Made by a program: the position numbers and the translations under genes | Shown here: piece by piece, positions 38,920 through 47,925 of the stretch | How the letters are laid out: the number at the start of each line of letters is the position of its first letter | How positions within the stretch are numbered: the stretch's first letter is position 1 | The notes under the pieces: model-generated | What the model saw: the letters and a program-made list of their open reading frames with translations, nothing else | What the model was told of the DNA's origin: nothing | The model's database searches: none | NCBI GenBank assembly: GCA_965372715.1 | Contig: CBDVDH010000009.1 | Coordinates: 1-64,000, forward strand | Direction of reading: 5' to 3' | Length of the DNA: 64,000 nt | From: an uncultured bacterium | GTDB taxonomy: Bacteria; B130-G9

Positions 38920-40215
38920 CTAGATGAAAATGTATCGCAGCAGGAATATCGCGGCCAAGACATAGACGAGCCAATGCACTTCTTTCGACCTGCCGGCCGC
39001 CGCCTTGACCAGCGGATAGCTGATGAAGCCAAGCGCGAGCCCGTGCGCAATGCTGTAAGTCAGCGGCATCAGGATGATCGTCAGAAAAGCCGGTATCGCC
39101 TCGGTGAAATCATCCCACCTGATTTTCCTGACGTTCCGCATCATGAGGCAGCCGACGATGATAAGCGCAGGGGCCGTTACGCACCCAGTCGCAAACGCCT
39201 CAGCAAGCGGCGTGAAGAACATGGCCACCAGAAACAGAAGCGCAGTGACTACCGAGGCGAGTCCGGTCGTACCGCCCTCCATGACGCCCGCGGCGCTTTC
39301 GATATAGCTCGTCACGGTCGAGGTTCCACAGACAGCCCCGGCCATCGTCCCGACCGAATCGGACAAAAGCGCACGGTTGATCCTGGGCAGCTTCCCGTCC
39401 TTGACGAAGCCGCACTGCTCACTGACGCCGATCAGCGTCCCGATCGTGTCGAACATATCGAAGAACAGCAGCACAACGATCGGCACGATATAGTCAAAGC
39501 TAAAAGCGCCCAAGATGTCGAGCTTGAACATTGCCGAGCTGAAGTCAGGAACGCTGAGGACGCCCTTGAACTGGGTGACGCCGCAGACAACCGCGAGGAC
39601 GCCCGTCGCGAGCAGGCCGAAAAGAATCCCGCCCTTCACCCTTCTGGCAACGAGGACCGAGGTGAGAATCAGGCCGAACAACGCCACAAGCGCCGGCGTC
39701 TTCGATAGATCGCCAAACGTAACGAACGTGTTAGGGTCAGCAGCGACGATCCCGCTGTGCTGTAAGCCGATGAACGCGATAAACAGGCCGATGCCCGCCG
39801 CGGTGGCGAGCTTCAGACCATCTGGGATCGCGTTGACAATCAACTCCCTGGCCTTGATGAGCGTCAGAATCGTAAAGATGAGCCCGGATATAAACACGAT
39901 ACCGAGGGCGATCTGCCACGGAACGCCCATCGCCCCGCAGATCACGTAGCTGAAATAGGCGTTAAGGCCCATCCCGGGCGCAAGTGCAATCGGATAGCGG
40001 GCTATCAGGCCCATCATCAAGCTCGCGAAAAATGAGGCGATGCACGTCGCCACCAGAACGCCGGAGAAACTCATCCCGGCGCCGTGCGCATCGGATAGAA
40101 TGCCGGGGTTGACGAATACAATGTAGGCCATAGTCATGAATGTCACCACGCCAGCGGTCAACTCCGTCTTGACCGTGGTGTTGTTCGCCTTCAGGTCGAA
40201 ATACTCCTCCAGCAT
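38920..40215 (-). CDS. NCS2/AzgA-type nucleobase (purine) permease
   Basis: TE..AG..TF.TMAYI..VNP, APGMGLNAYF, DMFDTIGT, TSYIESAAG..GG.TGL. Confidence 0.95.
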   Translation of the reverse strand: MLEEYFDLKANNTTVKTELTAGVVTFMTMAYIVFVNPGILSDAHGAGMSFSGVLVATCIASFFASLMMGLIARYPIALAPGMGLNAYFSYVICGAMGVPWQIALGIVFISGLIFTILTLIKARELIVNAIPDGLKLATAAGIGLFIAFIGLQHSGIVAADPNTFVTFGDLSKTPALVALFGLILTSVLVARRVKGGILFGLLATGVLAVVCGVTQFKGVLSVPDFSSAMFKLDILGAFSFDYIVPIVVLLFFDMFDTIGTLIGVSEQCGFVKDGKLPRINRALLSDSVGTMAGAVCGTSTVTSYIESAAGVMEGGTTGLASVVTALLFLVAMFFTPLAEAFATGCVTAPALIIVGCLMMRNVRKIRWDDFTEAIPAFLTIILMPLTYSIAHGLALGFISYPLVKAAAGRSKEVHWLVYVLAAIFLLRYIFI

Positions 40216-40230
40216 AGGCGCCTCCTTCCG

Positions 40231-41835
40231 CTAGTGATGGTTCACAAATCGATATGTCTCTGCCCGCCTCGGTCGAAGCGGAGTGTGCCGTATTATGTAA
40301 TCCGTGAAGATGTCGTTCAAGCTCCTGCCCGTCTCGAGGCGGGTTTGCGCCTCGGCAAGTTCGATGTAGCCGTCCCCGCCCGCGGCGAGGTAGTTGATTG
40401 TGGCGATGAGATACTCCTTTCCGCTATCCAAAGGCTTCCCAGCAATCGATACATCCACGATTCTGCGGCCGGGCCGCACGGGCTTGCCCCTTTCGGCCAT
40501 CAGCATCGCCGGCCTGGAAAGGTCCACCATGACCTCAAGTCCCCGCATCTGAAGGAACCCGCCGCTAGGTTTAGGCAATGCGCTGACCGAGCGCTCCAGT
40601 ATCCACCTCAGCTCGGCCCCGGTCACCCAGACAAGAACTATCTTGTTGTAAAACGGCAGAATCTCATCGACGCGCGACCGCGTGATCGGCCCCGCTGGTT
40701 GAAACCCGCCGCGTATGCCACCGGAGTTCATCATAACGACCGCAGCCGTTGAAAACTCCTCCGCTATCGCCTCGCAGACGAGCGCGCCGACGGTCGAATC
40801 CTGCGCCCCAAGTGCCGCTCCAGAAAGCTCAAGCTCGGCGTCTATAATGCCGATTGGGTCCTCATCAACGACGCGGAATGGCTCAAGGAAGGATGCAACG
40901 CGCTCGTCCTCCTCGACATCTTTGTCCACTCGGATTAGCGACCACCTAAAAGAGGAAACGCCGTCGGCAGAAAAATCGAGTTGGAGCTTGCCAACGTATC
41001 TGCCGTAACAGCCCGACTGCACGACGAGCGTCTGTTCTCCAGCCGGGTTCATCACCTCCATTGGCTTTTCGAGGGCGTCGTGCGAGTGCCCGCCAAAGAT
41101 AGCGTCGATGCCGCTGACCGCTTCGGCAAGCTTGACGTCCTGCCTGAGACCCAGATGCGTCAGCGCGAACACCAGGTCTGTCCTGGGCTTCAGGTAGGCG
41201 ACCATGACTGCGGCCCTCGCGGCGAGGTCGCGATCGACCTCGACCTGTTGACTAGGGTCCGAGATGGCGTCGAGATTCGGCGTGATAAGCCCAAATATGC
41301 CAATGCTGTGGCCGCCCAGGTCCTTAATTACGTAGCTTCTGACCTTGCCCGCTAGCTGGACAGACTCATGGACATCGACGTTCGCACAGACAAACGGGAA
41401 CATAGCCAGGTCCAGCACTTCCCCAAGCGGCTCGTCCCCCAGATCAAACTCGTGGTTGCCAAGCGCGGCGCAGTCGTATCTCATCAAGTTCATGGCGCCG
41501 ATTTCCGGCTTGCCATGCCACTTACCCAGCGAGTTGGGGTAGAACAGGTCGCCGGCGTCGAGCACTAGCACGTTGCGCTCGCTCTCGCGTATATCCTCGA
41601 TAATCGTGGCGATACGCGCGAGGCCCCCAACTTCAACAATGCGCCCTGACGGGCCTTTGTGCTTCGAGGGAAACAGGTTGCTGTGGACGTCATTCGTCTC
41701 GAGAACTGTGATTGTGCCCGAACGGCGAGGCGGCGCAACGCCAAGATGAGAGCAGCCCTCGAACGCAAGTAACCCAAGCGCGACAAGAGCTGCGAGGGCA
41801 GCAATGAATCCCCGCGGCCCAATTCTCTCACTCAA
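40231..41835 (-). CDS. Exported bifunctional metallophosphatase/5'-nucleotidase (probable lipoprotein)
   Basis: TNDVHS, DAGD, GNHEFD, GGHSH, NSGGIR, YLAAGGDGY; hydrophobic N-terminus ending EGC. Start placed at TTG 41835. Confidence 0.92.
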   Translation of the reverse strand: MSERIGPRGFIAALAALVALGLLAFEGCSHLGVAPPRRSGTITVLETNDVHSNLFPSKHKGPSGRIVEVGGLARIATIIEDIRESERNVLVLDAGDLFYPNSLGKWHGKPEIGAMNLMRYDCAALGNHEFDLGDEPLGEVLDLAMFPFVCANVDVHESVQLAGKVRSYVIKDLGGHSIGIFGLITPNLDAISDPSQQVEVDRDLAARAAVMVAYLKPRTDLVFALTHLGLRQDVKLAEAVSGIDAIFGGHSHDALEKPMEVMNPAGEQTLVVQSGCYGRYVGKLQLDFSADGVSSFRWSLIRVDKDVEEDERVASFLEPFRVVDEDPIGIIDAELELSGAALGAQDSTVGALVCEAIAEEFSTAAVVMMNSGGIRGGFQPAGPITRSRVDEILPFYNKIVLVWVTGAELRWILERSVSALPKPSGGFLQMRGLEVMVDLSRPAMLMAERGKPVRPGRRIVDVSIAGKPLDSGKEYLIATINYLAAGGDGYIELAEAQTRLETGRSLNDIFTDYIIRHTPLRPRRAETYRFVNHH

Positions 41836-42913
41836 TCTGATACTTCTTTCCGTCCACATGATATGAAGAGAGCCCCGACAACCCCGCGCGAACGTTCAGA
41901 AGGCTCAGCACGGGCTTCCCAAAATGATGAAATATGTTGTAGTGTTCGACGCTCGAATGGCTCCAAACGTCCTCGTCCCTCCGCTGCCTGTTTCGCTGCA
42001 CAAACCGCCGGGCCTTCAAGAGCTTCGGCAGCTTGCCCAAGATAAATGCTACGGCCCGAAGATGAAGCATGAACGCCCCGAAGTCGCGTCCTCTCAGCGA
42101 CGCAATCGCAGATTTTGCGACGTAGCGATAGAACGCGTAAGGGAAATGCCGAACAAGGTTCCTCAGCGAGTAGTTCTTGAGAAAGACATAAAGATAGTTT
42201 CGCACGAAGAAATAATGCTGCCAGCGCGTCTTGTAGGCCGACGCCGCAGTCGAACGATACTTGTGCTCGACAACAGCTGACGGCGCAGTGACGAAATGGT
42301 AGCCGAGTATGTTCGCCCGATAGCACACGTCGAAGTCCTCGCAATACGAGAACATCACATCGTCGAACATCCCAATCTCCAAGAAGTGCTCGCGCCTCAG
42401 GAGGACCGCAGGGAATATGGAGCCAAAGACGCGCTCAGAACTCGAAAACTGCCCCAGGTCGATCTGCCCCACCCTCGCGTCCCGCCAGTGGCAGCGGACA
42501 TGCCAATGCGTTCCCATCGCGTTTATTATGTGCGGATCTGAGTAGAAGACGACCTTGGGGAAGCATCCGATGCAGCGCTCGTCCTGGTCATTCATGCACG
42601 CGACCATCTGCTCAACACAATCTGGAGCAATGGCCGTGTCGTTGTTCAGGAGAAAAAGGAGCTCGCCGCACCCTGCGAGAACGCCCTGATTACTTCCGCC
42701 GCAGAAGCCGCGATTGACGTCGTTGGCGATTATCCTGACATCGGGGAACTTCTCCCTGACTAGCTGAACCGAGCCGTCATCCGAGGCGTTATCGACGACA
42801 ATCGTCTCGATATGCGAGTAGGTCTGCGCGCGAATGCTCCCGAGGCACTCTTCCAGATGGGCCTCGCCGTTCCAGTTGGCGATAACGATCGAAACGAGAG
42901 GGTTTTCCACCAT
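41828..42913 (-). CDS. Glycosyltransferase family 2
   Basis: VSIVIANWNG, VVDNASDDGS, N.GF.GG.N, LLNND, FSYCEDFD. Confidence 0.92.
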   Translation of the reverse strand: MVENPLVSIVIANWNGEAHLEECLGSIRAQTYSHIETIVVDNASDDGSVQLVREKFPDVRIIANDVNRGFCGGSNQGVLAGCGELLFLLNNDTAIAPDCVEQMVACMNDQDERCIGCFPKVVFYSDPHIINAMGTHWHVRCHWRDARVGQIDLGQFSSSERVFGSIFPAVLLRREHFLEIGMFDDVMFSYCEDFDVCYRANILGYHFVTAPSAVVEHKYRSTAASAYKTRWQHYFFVRNYLYVFLKNYSLRNLVRHFPYAFYRYVAKSAIASLRGRDFGAFMLHLRAVAFILGKLPKLLKARRFVQRNRQRRDEDVWSHSSVEHYNIFHHFGKPVLSLLNVRAGLSGLSSYHVDGKKYQIE

Positions 42914-43258
42914 TGCGAGCCAATTCTGCGCCAGTTGAGCGATTCATGTCAAACCCGATCCGAGCCCACGAATCTCTTTGGCTCGGGGATTTACAGAACA
43001 GTTCGCCGAAAGTCAGATCGCTCCAGCAGCGTAACGGTCGGCTATGGGTGTGAATACAAGGTGAAGGCGCGTCCTGCAATTAAGCGTCTTGAGCATGCCG
43101 CCTCTTCCGATCAAAGGGCCAGGTTAGGGGGATATGCGATTCTGCACCTGCAATAGACCTCCGCGTGCATACAACATATAGATAGCAAGGTGTAGGCTTA
43201 GCCTATATAGGCACCTCGTAGGTTCTTGCAGCACACCAAGTTGGGATTTGAAAAAGAT

Positions 43259-43287
43259 TTGACATCTGAAATCAATTCAAATACAAT
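43259..43287 (+). promoter_or_regulatory. Near-consensus sigma70 promoter of the ino1 operon
   Basis: TTGACA-17nt-TACAAT in an AT-rich tract. Confidence 0.7.
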
Positions 43288-43353
43288 TTGTTGTGTATGA
43301 GAATTATGTGAAACTTTACCCGCCTGTAAGAACGAACTGACGAGGAAAGGAAG

Positions 43354-44520
43354 GTGTTGAGAGTGAACGGTAAAGTTAGAATTGCAATTGCCGGGATTGG
43401 GAACTGCGCGAGTTCGTTGCTCCAGGGCATTGAGTACTACAGAAATAGGGAAAGTGAGGATGTTATCGGCTTGATGCACTGGGAGATTGCCGGTTGCAGG
43501 CCAAGCGACATACAGGTCGTAGCTGCGTTCGACATAGACAAGAGAAAAGTCGGCAAGGACATGGCGGTTGCCATCTTTGAACCTCCAAACTGCACCAAGC
43601 GCTTCTGCCCAGAGGTTCCCAAGACGGGAACGATTGTGCGGATGGGCAGGATTCTTGACAGCTTTGCCGAGCACATGAAGAGCTACGATGAGCGCCTTAG
43701 GTTCGTGCTGTCTGACCAAAGTGAGTCCACAAAGGAGGATGTAGTTAGGACCCTGGCAGAGTCAGGAGCGGAGATTCTTGTCAATTATCTGCCGGTCGGG
43801 TCAGAAAGGGCGGTCCGATTCTACGCGGACTGCGCTCTGGAGGCGCAGGTAGCGTTCATAAACTGCATGCCGGTATTCATAGCCAGCGACCCAGCGTGGG
43901 CGAGACGTTTTGAGGCAAAGGGGATACCCATCATCGGCGACGACGTAAAATCCCAGTTTGGGGCGACGATTGTCCATCGGGTGTTGACCGATCTGTTCGA
44001 GAAAAGAGGCGTGAAGCTTGAGCGAACCTACCAACTCAACACTGCCGGAAACACGGATTTTCTGAACATGCTCGATAGAAGCCGGTTGGCCTCCAAGAAA
44101 GTGTCCAAGACCGAGGCGGTGCAATCTCAGATGTCTAGACGGCTGGACGATGAAAACATACACATTGGCCCGAGCGACTGGGTTCCGTGGCAGAAGGACA
44201 ACAAAGTCTGCTTCATCAGGGCCGAAGCTAAGATATTTGGAGACGTTCCTATATCGCTGGAGCTACGCCTGTCTGTCGAGGACTCACCCAATTCCGCCGG
44301 CGTTGTCATAGACGCCATTAGGTGCTGCAAGCTAGCACTTGAAAGAGGTGAGAGTGGTGTTCTGTATGCTCCGTCGGGCTATTTTATGAAGCATCCTCCA
44401 CTACAGTTCACCGATGATGAGGCATACCAATTGACAGAAGACTTCATCAATGGGGAAGAGAAGATCAAGTATGAAATGCCTGATCATCGCCGCTGGGCGG
44501 GGGAGCAGATTATCGCCTAG
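43354..44520 (+). CDS. ino1: myo-inositol-1-phosphate synthase
   Basis: GIGNCASSL.QG, NYLPVGS, GDDVKSQ.GAT..HR, YQLN..GNTDFLNM, EDSPNSAG. Start may be GTG 43363. Confidence 0.96.
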   Translation: MLRVNGKVRIAIAGIGNCASSLLQGIEYYRNRESEDVIGLMHWEIAGCRPSDIQVVAAFDIDKRKVGKDMAVAIFEPPNCTKRFCPEVPKTGTIVRMGRILDSFAEHMKSYDERLRFVLSDQSESTKEDVVRTLAESGAEILVNYLPVGSERAVRFYADCALEAQVAFINCMPVFIASDPAWARRFEAKGIPIIGDDVKSQFGATIVHRVLTDLFEKRGVKLERTYQLNTAGNTDFLNMLDRSRLASKKVSKTEAVQSQMSRRLDDENIHIGPSDWVPWQKDNKVCFIRAEAKIFGDVPISLELRLSVEDSPNSAGVVIDAIRCCKLALERGESGVLYAPSGYFMKHPPLQFTDDEAYQLTEDFINGEEKIKYEMPDHRRWAGEQIIA

Positions 44521-45799
44521 GGGTGATTCAAAGCCCCTCATCCCCCTTTTGGGGCTGCCGCTTATAGAACGGGTCATACTGACCGCCAAAGATGCCGGAC
44601 TGACGGATTTCTACGTCGTAACAGGCCACAACGGCGAAAAGGTCAGGCGCTTTCTTGACGGCCTCGCGCAAAAAAGAGGCATAAGCATAACCCACGTCGT
44701 AAATGATGAGTGGCAGAGGGAAAACGGTCTGTCTGTTCTTAAGGCGAAAGGCCTGCTGGCGGACGATTTTGTCCTGCTGATGGGGGATCACATTCTCGAC
44801 GAACACATATTGGTGAAACTCAGAAAGGAGACAGTCCGGGATGGGGAGGTGATTCTCGCCGTAGATCACAGGACCAAGGGCAACCCGAACGTCGATATCA
44901 ACGATGTAACCAAAGTCCTGGTTGAAGATGGCAGGATTCTCGACATAGGAAAGAACATAGAGGAATACAACGCTTTCGACACAGGCGCCTTTGTTTGCTC
45001 TCCGGCGATATTTGCAGCCCTCGAAGAAAGCGTGACCAGGGGAGATAGCACGCTCTCTGGTGGCATAAGGGCAATGGTCGAAGAAAAGAAAGCCAAGGCC
45101 CTCGATATCGGAGAACACTACTGGATTGACGTCGATGACGAGGGGGCTTTTAGGAAAGCGGAGAGCGGACTTCTTGCCAGATTGAAGAAACTCTCCGATG
45201 GCCCCGTCTCGAGGCACTTGAACCGGCCAATCTCGACCAGGATCACGAAGCTTCTGCTGAGAACAAGCGTAACTCCTAACACCGTTTCATTTGCCGCGTT
45301 TGCCGTTGGTATCTTAGGAAGTGTTTTCTTCTTCCAGAAAGGCTACACCAACCTGGCTATCGGGGGCATACTTGCGCAGCTGTCTTCCATTATTGACGGC
45401 TGTGATGGTGAGATAGCAAGGCTCAAGCATCAGGTTACAGAGTTCGGCGGTTGGTTTGACGCTGTCTTGGACCGCTACGCAGATGCTTTTGTCCTGTTCG
45501 GCTTGACTTGGCACGCCTACTACCCAAACGCAAGCCTCCCGGTCATTGTCATCGGATTCTTGGCTATCATAGGCACCTTGATCAACAGCTATACGGCCGA
45601 CAAATACGACGGTTTTATGAAGAAAAAACTGGGCTCAAAGGGGCACTACTTCAGAATTGGTCGCGACCTCAGGATGTTCGTGGTGTTGCTTGGCGCTTTA
45701 GTCAACCAGCCTGTTGCCACGCTCGCCTTGATCGCTTTGGGGACGAATGTGGAAAACCTGAGGAGGATCGTGCTTCTATCTGCCAATGAGCGTCGCTGA
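44471..45799 (+). CDS. Bifunctional IPCT/DIPP synthase (inositol-1-phosphate cytidylyltransferase plus CDP-alcohol phosphotransferase)
   Basis: MKCLIIAAGRGSRL...KPL NTP-transferase domain, WIDVD, linker DGPVSRHLNRPIS, DGCDGEIAR...G...D...DRYAD motif; downstream of ino1. Confidence 0.9.
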   Translation: MKCLIIAAGRGSRLSPRGDSKPLIPLLGLPLIERVILTAKDAGLTDFYVVTGHNGEKVRRFLDGLAQKRGISITHVVNDEWQRENGLSVLKAKGLLADDFVLLMGDHILDEHILVKLRKETVRDGEVILAVDHRTKGNPNVDINDVTKVLVEDGRILDIGKNIEEYNAFDTGAFVCSPAIFAALEESVTRGDSTLSGGIRAMVEEKKAKALDIGEHYWIDVDDEGAFRKAESGLLARLKKLSDGPVSRHLNRPISTRITKLLLRTSVTPNTVSFAAFAVGILGSVFFFQKGYTNLAIGGILAQLSSIIDGCDGEIARLKHQVTEFGGWFDAVLDRYADAFVLFGLTWHAYYPNASLPVIVIGFLAIIGTLINSYTADKYDGFMKKKLGSKGHYFRIGRDLRMFVVLLGALVNQPVATLALIALGTNVENLRRIVLLSANERR

Positions 45800-46349
45800 T
45801 TTGAAGAAGGCAATCGCCAAGATTGTCCAAGGTTCCACCGTTCCTGAAGATATTGTCCATTCCAAAAACACGCTGCGCTGGCTGCTCAAATTGAAGCCTG
45901 ACGCTGATGAGGCGCTGCAAATAGCCGCCTTGGGCCATGATATCGAAAGAGCGATCGAGGAACGAAAGGTCAGGCGCGAGGATCACGGGAGTTACGACGA
46001 GTTCAAAGAAGCTCACGCCCTGAACAGCGGGAGGGTTCTGCGTGAAATAATGAGGCGGTACCAGGTGTCTGAGCAATTGACCCAACGAGTGTTCTACCTC
46101 GTATGCCATCACGAGACAGGCGCTGATCCGGATGCTGATACTCTGAGAAACGCGGACACAATCTCCTTCTTCGACGTGAACCTGCCTCACTATTTTGCCC
46201 GAAACGGTTCCGAGGAGACCAAGCGGCGGTGGCTGTGGGGCTATAAGAAGCTACCTGATAGCTTGAGGGCCATTGTGGCTAATCTCGACTACCGGAGCAA
46301 GAAGCTTCAATCACTTGTTCGAGAATGTATCGGCAGCGCTGAACCGTAG
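45786..46349 (+). CDS. HD-domain protein (DUF4202-like)
   Basis: H...T..W, ALQIAALGHDIER, HA..S, HHE, L..AD..SFF. Confidence 0.75.
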   Translation: MSVADLKKAIAKIVQGSTVPEDIVHSKNTLRWLLKLKPDADEALQIAALGHDIERAIEERKVRREDHGSYDEFKEAHALNSGRVLREIMRRYQVSEQLTQRVFYLVCHHETGADPDADTLRNADTISFFDVNLPHYFARNGSEETKRRWLWGYKKLPDSLRAIVANLDYRSKKLQSLVRECIGSAEP

Positions 46350-46367
46350 CGGTTGGAGGCCAGCCCG

Positions 46368-46535
46368 CTACTTCAGCACCCGCTTCAGCGTTGCGATGAA
46401 CTTCTCGTTCTCCTGCTGCGTGCCTATGGTCACCCTGAGCTTCGTCTTGCATAGCGCGCCAGACAGCTATTGGCCTGACAATCACGTATCGCTCCATCAG
46501 CATGTCGTATAGCTCAAGACAGGCCTGCCAAACGT
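46368..46535 (-). pseudogene. Diverged, frameshifted duplicate of the hisC 3' end (last ~55 codons)
   Basis: Translates V..ACLELYDML....VIVRPIAVW/(+4 nt)/KTKLRVTIGTQQENEKFIATLKRVLK* versus HisC V..DCVELYDKL....VIVRPMAAWGYKTKLRVTIGTQEQNEKFIATLKQLLE*. Confidence 0.9.
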
Positions 46536-46641
46536 GGAAAGGCACGTGTTTCGTCTCGGGGCTGTATTTCTTCAGTTTTTCTCTCACAACTCTCGTCAAC
46601 AAGTCCTGAATACTCGCTGCCGTGCCCTCTGATATCGCCGT
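46534..46641 (-). pseudogene. N-terminal stub of a type II restriction endonuclease (TdeIII/MjaII-like)
   Basis: Directly after the MTase stop: (ACG)AISEGTAASIQDLLTRVVREKLKKYSPETKHVPFH, resembling the family's KL..Y.PET..MPFH N-terminus as I recall it; start codon apparently ATG>ACG. Confidence 0.6.
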
Positions 46642-46648
46642 AATAGAC

Positions 46649-47869
46649 CTACACTTTCATAAAGCAGAATATGGATTCGAAGTACTTGTTTGAATCGCGT
46701 TCGGTTCTCATTAGAACGGGTCTCTGGAAGACATCTATTTGATGAAGCCCGCTCAGTTCTGCAATCTTCGCGTATAAGTTGAACTTGTCATTTGCCACTA
46801 CGAAGACAAGCCCTGCCTTTCTCAGCTGATTGAAAGTGTTCCGAAAGACCCCAGCAACGCCGCTAACATATTCGTTCTTTCTGTCCCGGCTTTGACCGTT
46901 TTTAGCGGGACCGATCTCAAGCTCGTCTTGCCGCGGAAAGCCAAACAGCTCGTAGGAGTATCTATGTTGCTCGTGGTAGTCGATTATGCCCACGTATGGA
47001 GGAGAAGTGAAAACGCCATCGATCACCAGATCATTGGCCAGCCGCACACTTCTCCCGTCTCCTTGATGAATCTCGATGGTCGCGTCCGTCCGAAGGGATG
47101 CGAACTCCTTTATTCGCTTCACAGTGTCAAGACTATATCGGTTGATAAACTTCAGCGCCTCATTAATCGGCTCACAGTATCTCTTGTGTTTGATGCACCA
47201 ATACGTTTCTCTCACCGGTTTCTTTGGACGAGCTAGATCATAATGCGGGATCAGTCTCGCGGACCGAGCGGACCGGGACAGGATAACTCTCAGGACATCA
47301 CTGTTTTCATAATCGCCAACGATACTCCGGTAGAACAGCATCTCCTGCAAGGCCCGTTCCGAAAACCAAGTCCTGAGATAATCACTGCTTGTATCAAACC
47401 TCTCCGTCCCTTGTGGGAACAAAGCTCTCGAGCCGTTCGTCAGTTCATTGCTGAATGACCTTAGCCTACTTAGTGCATCCCTGACCTCCGTCTCCAATCT
47501 TGGAATGTCATATTCCTGCGTTTTCACCTTCTGGATTAGAACGTTGAAGGGCGATAGCTCTACGCCCGCCGAGTTCATCCCCAGGACGTTTGCCTCGATT
47601 AGAGTTGTCCCGGAACCGGCGAATGGGTCCAGTATCGTCTGACCCCTTCTGAAGTACTTTTTCAGAAACACGTGAACGAGCTGGGGAATGAACTTGCCGA
47701 GATAAGGGTGGAGGCGATGAACGTGCTTGGTCCTTTCCGACTCCCGAATGTCGAGAAATGTCAGGTCGTTTCCCAGAACACGAATGTTCTTCTCTGTATC
47801 GGCCTTTGTCTCAATGAATTCAGCGTCCAGACCGAACTTGCCGGCCGCTGCCTTAGTGGATTCCAGCAT
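46649..47869 (-). CDS. DNA amino-methyltransferase (probable N4-cytosine, alpha order)
   Basis: HRLHPY.GKFIPQL, DPFAGSGTT (motif I) preceding FTSPPY (motif IV). Confidence 0.9.
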   Translation of the reverse strand: MLESTKAAAGKFGLDAEFIETKADTEKNIRVLGNDLTFLDIRESERTKHVHRLHPYLGKFIPQLVHVFLKKYFRRGQTILDPFAGSGTTLIEANVLGMNSAGVELSPFNVLIQKVKTQEYDIPRLETEVRDALSRLRSFSNELTNGSRALFPQGTERFDTSSDYLRTWFSERALQEMLFYRSIVGDYENSDVLRVILSRSARSARLIPHYDLARPKKPVRETYWCIKHKRYCEPINEALKFINRYSLDTVKRIKEFASLRTDATIEIHQGDGRSVRLANDLVIDGVFTSPPYVGIIDYHEQHRYSYELFGFPRQDELEIGPAKNGQSRDRKNEYVSGVAGVFRNTFNQLRKAGLVFVVANDKFNLYAKIAELSGLHQIDVFQRPVLMRTERDSNKYFESIFCFMKV

Positions 47870-47925
47870 TTCTCTTCAACACATCTGCATCTTGGCCGCA
47901 TCCGACCGCAGAGGATCACAGCCAG

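Noticed and set aside
44471-44520. Programmed frameshift fusing Ino1 to IPCT/DIPPS (50-nt overlap)
   Set aside because: No obvious slippery heptamer, and the downstream gene has its own ATG with a purine-rich upstream tract; a lost or shifted stop codon is simpler.
46279-46602. 107-aa ORF as a real gene
   Set aside because: It is a chimera of the REase stub, the hisC remnant and out-of-frame sequence; reported as two pseudogene fragments.
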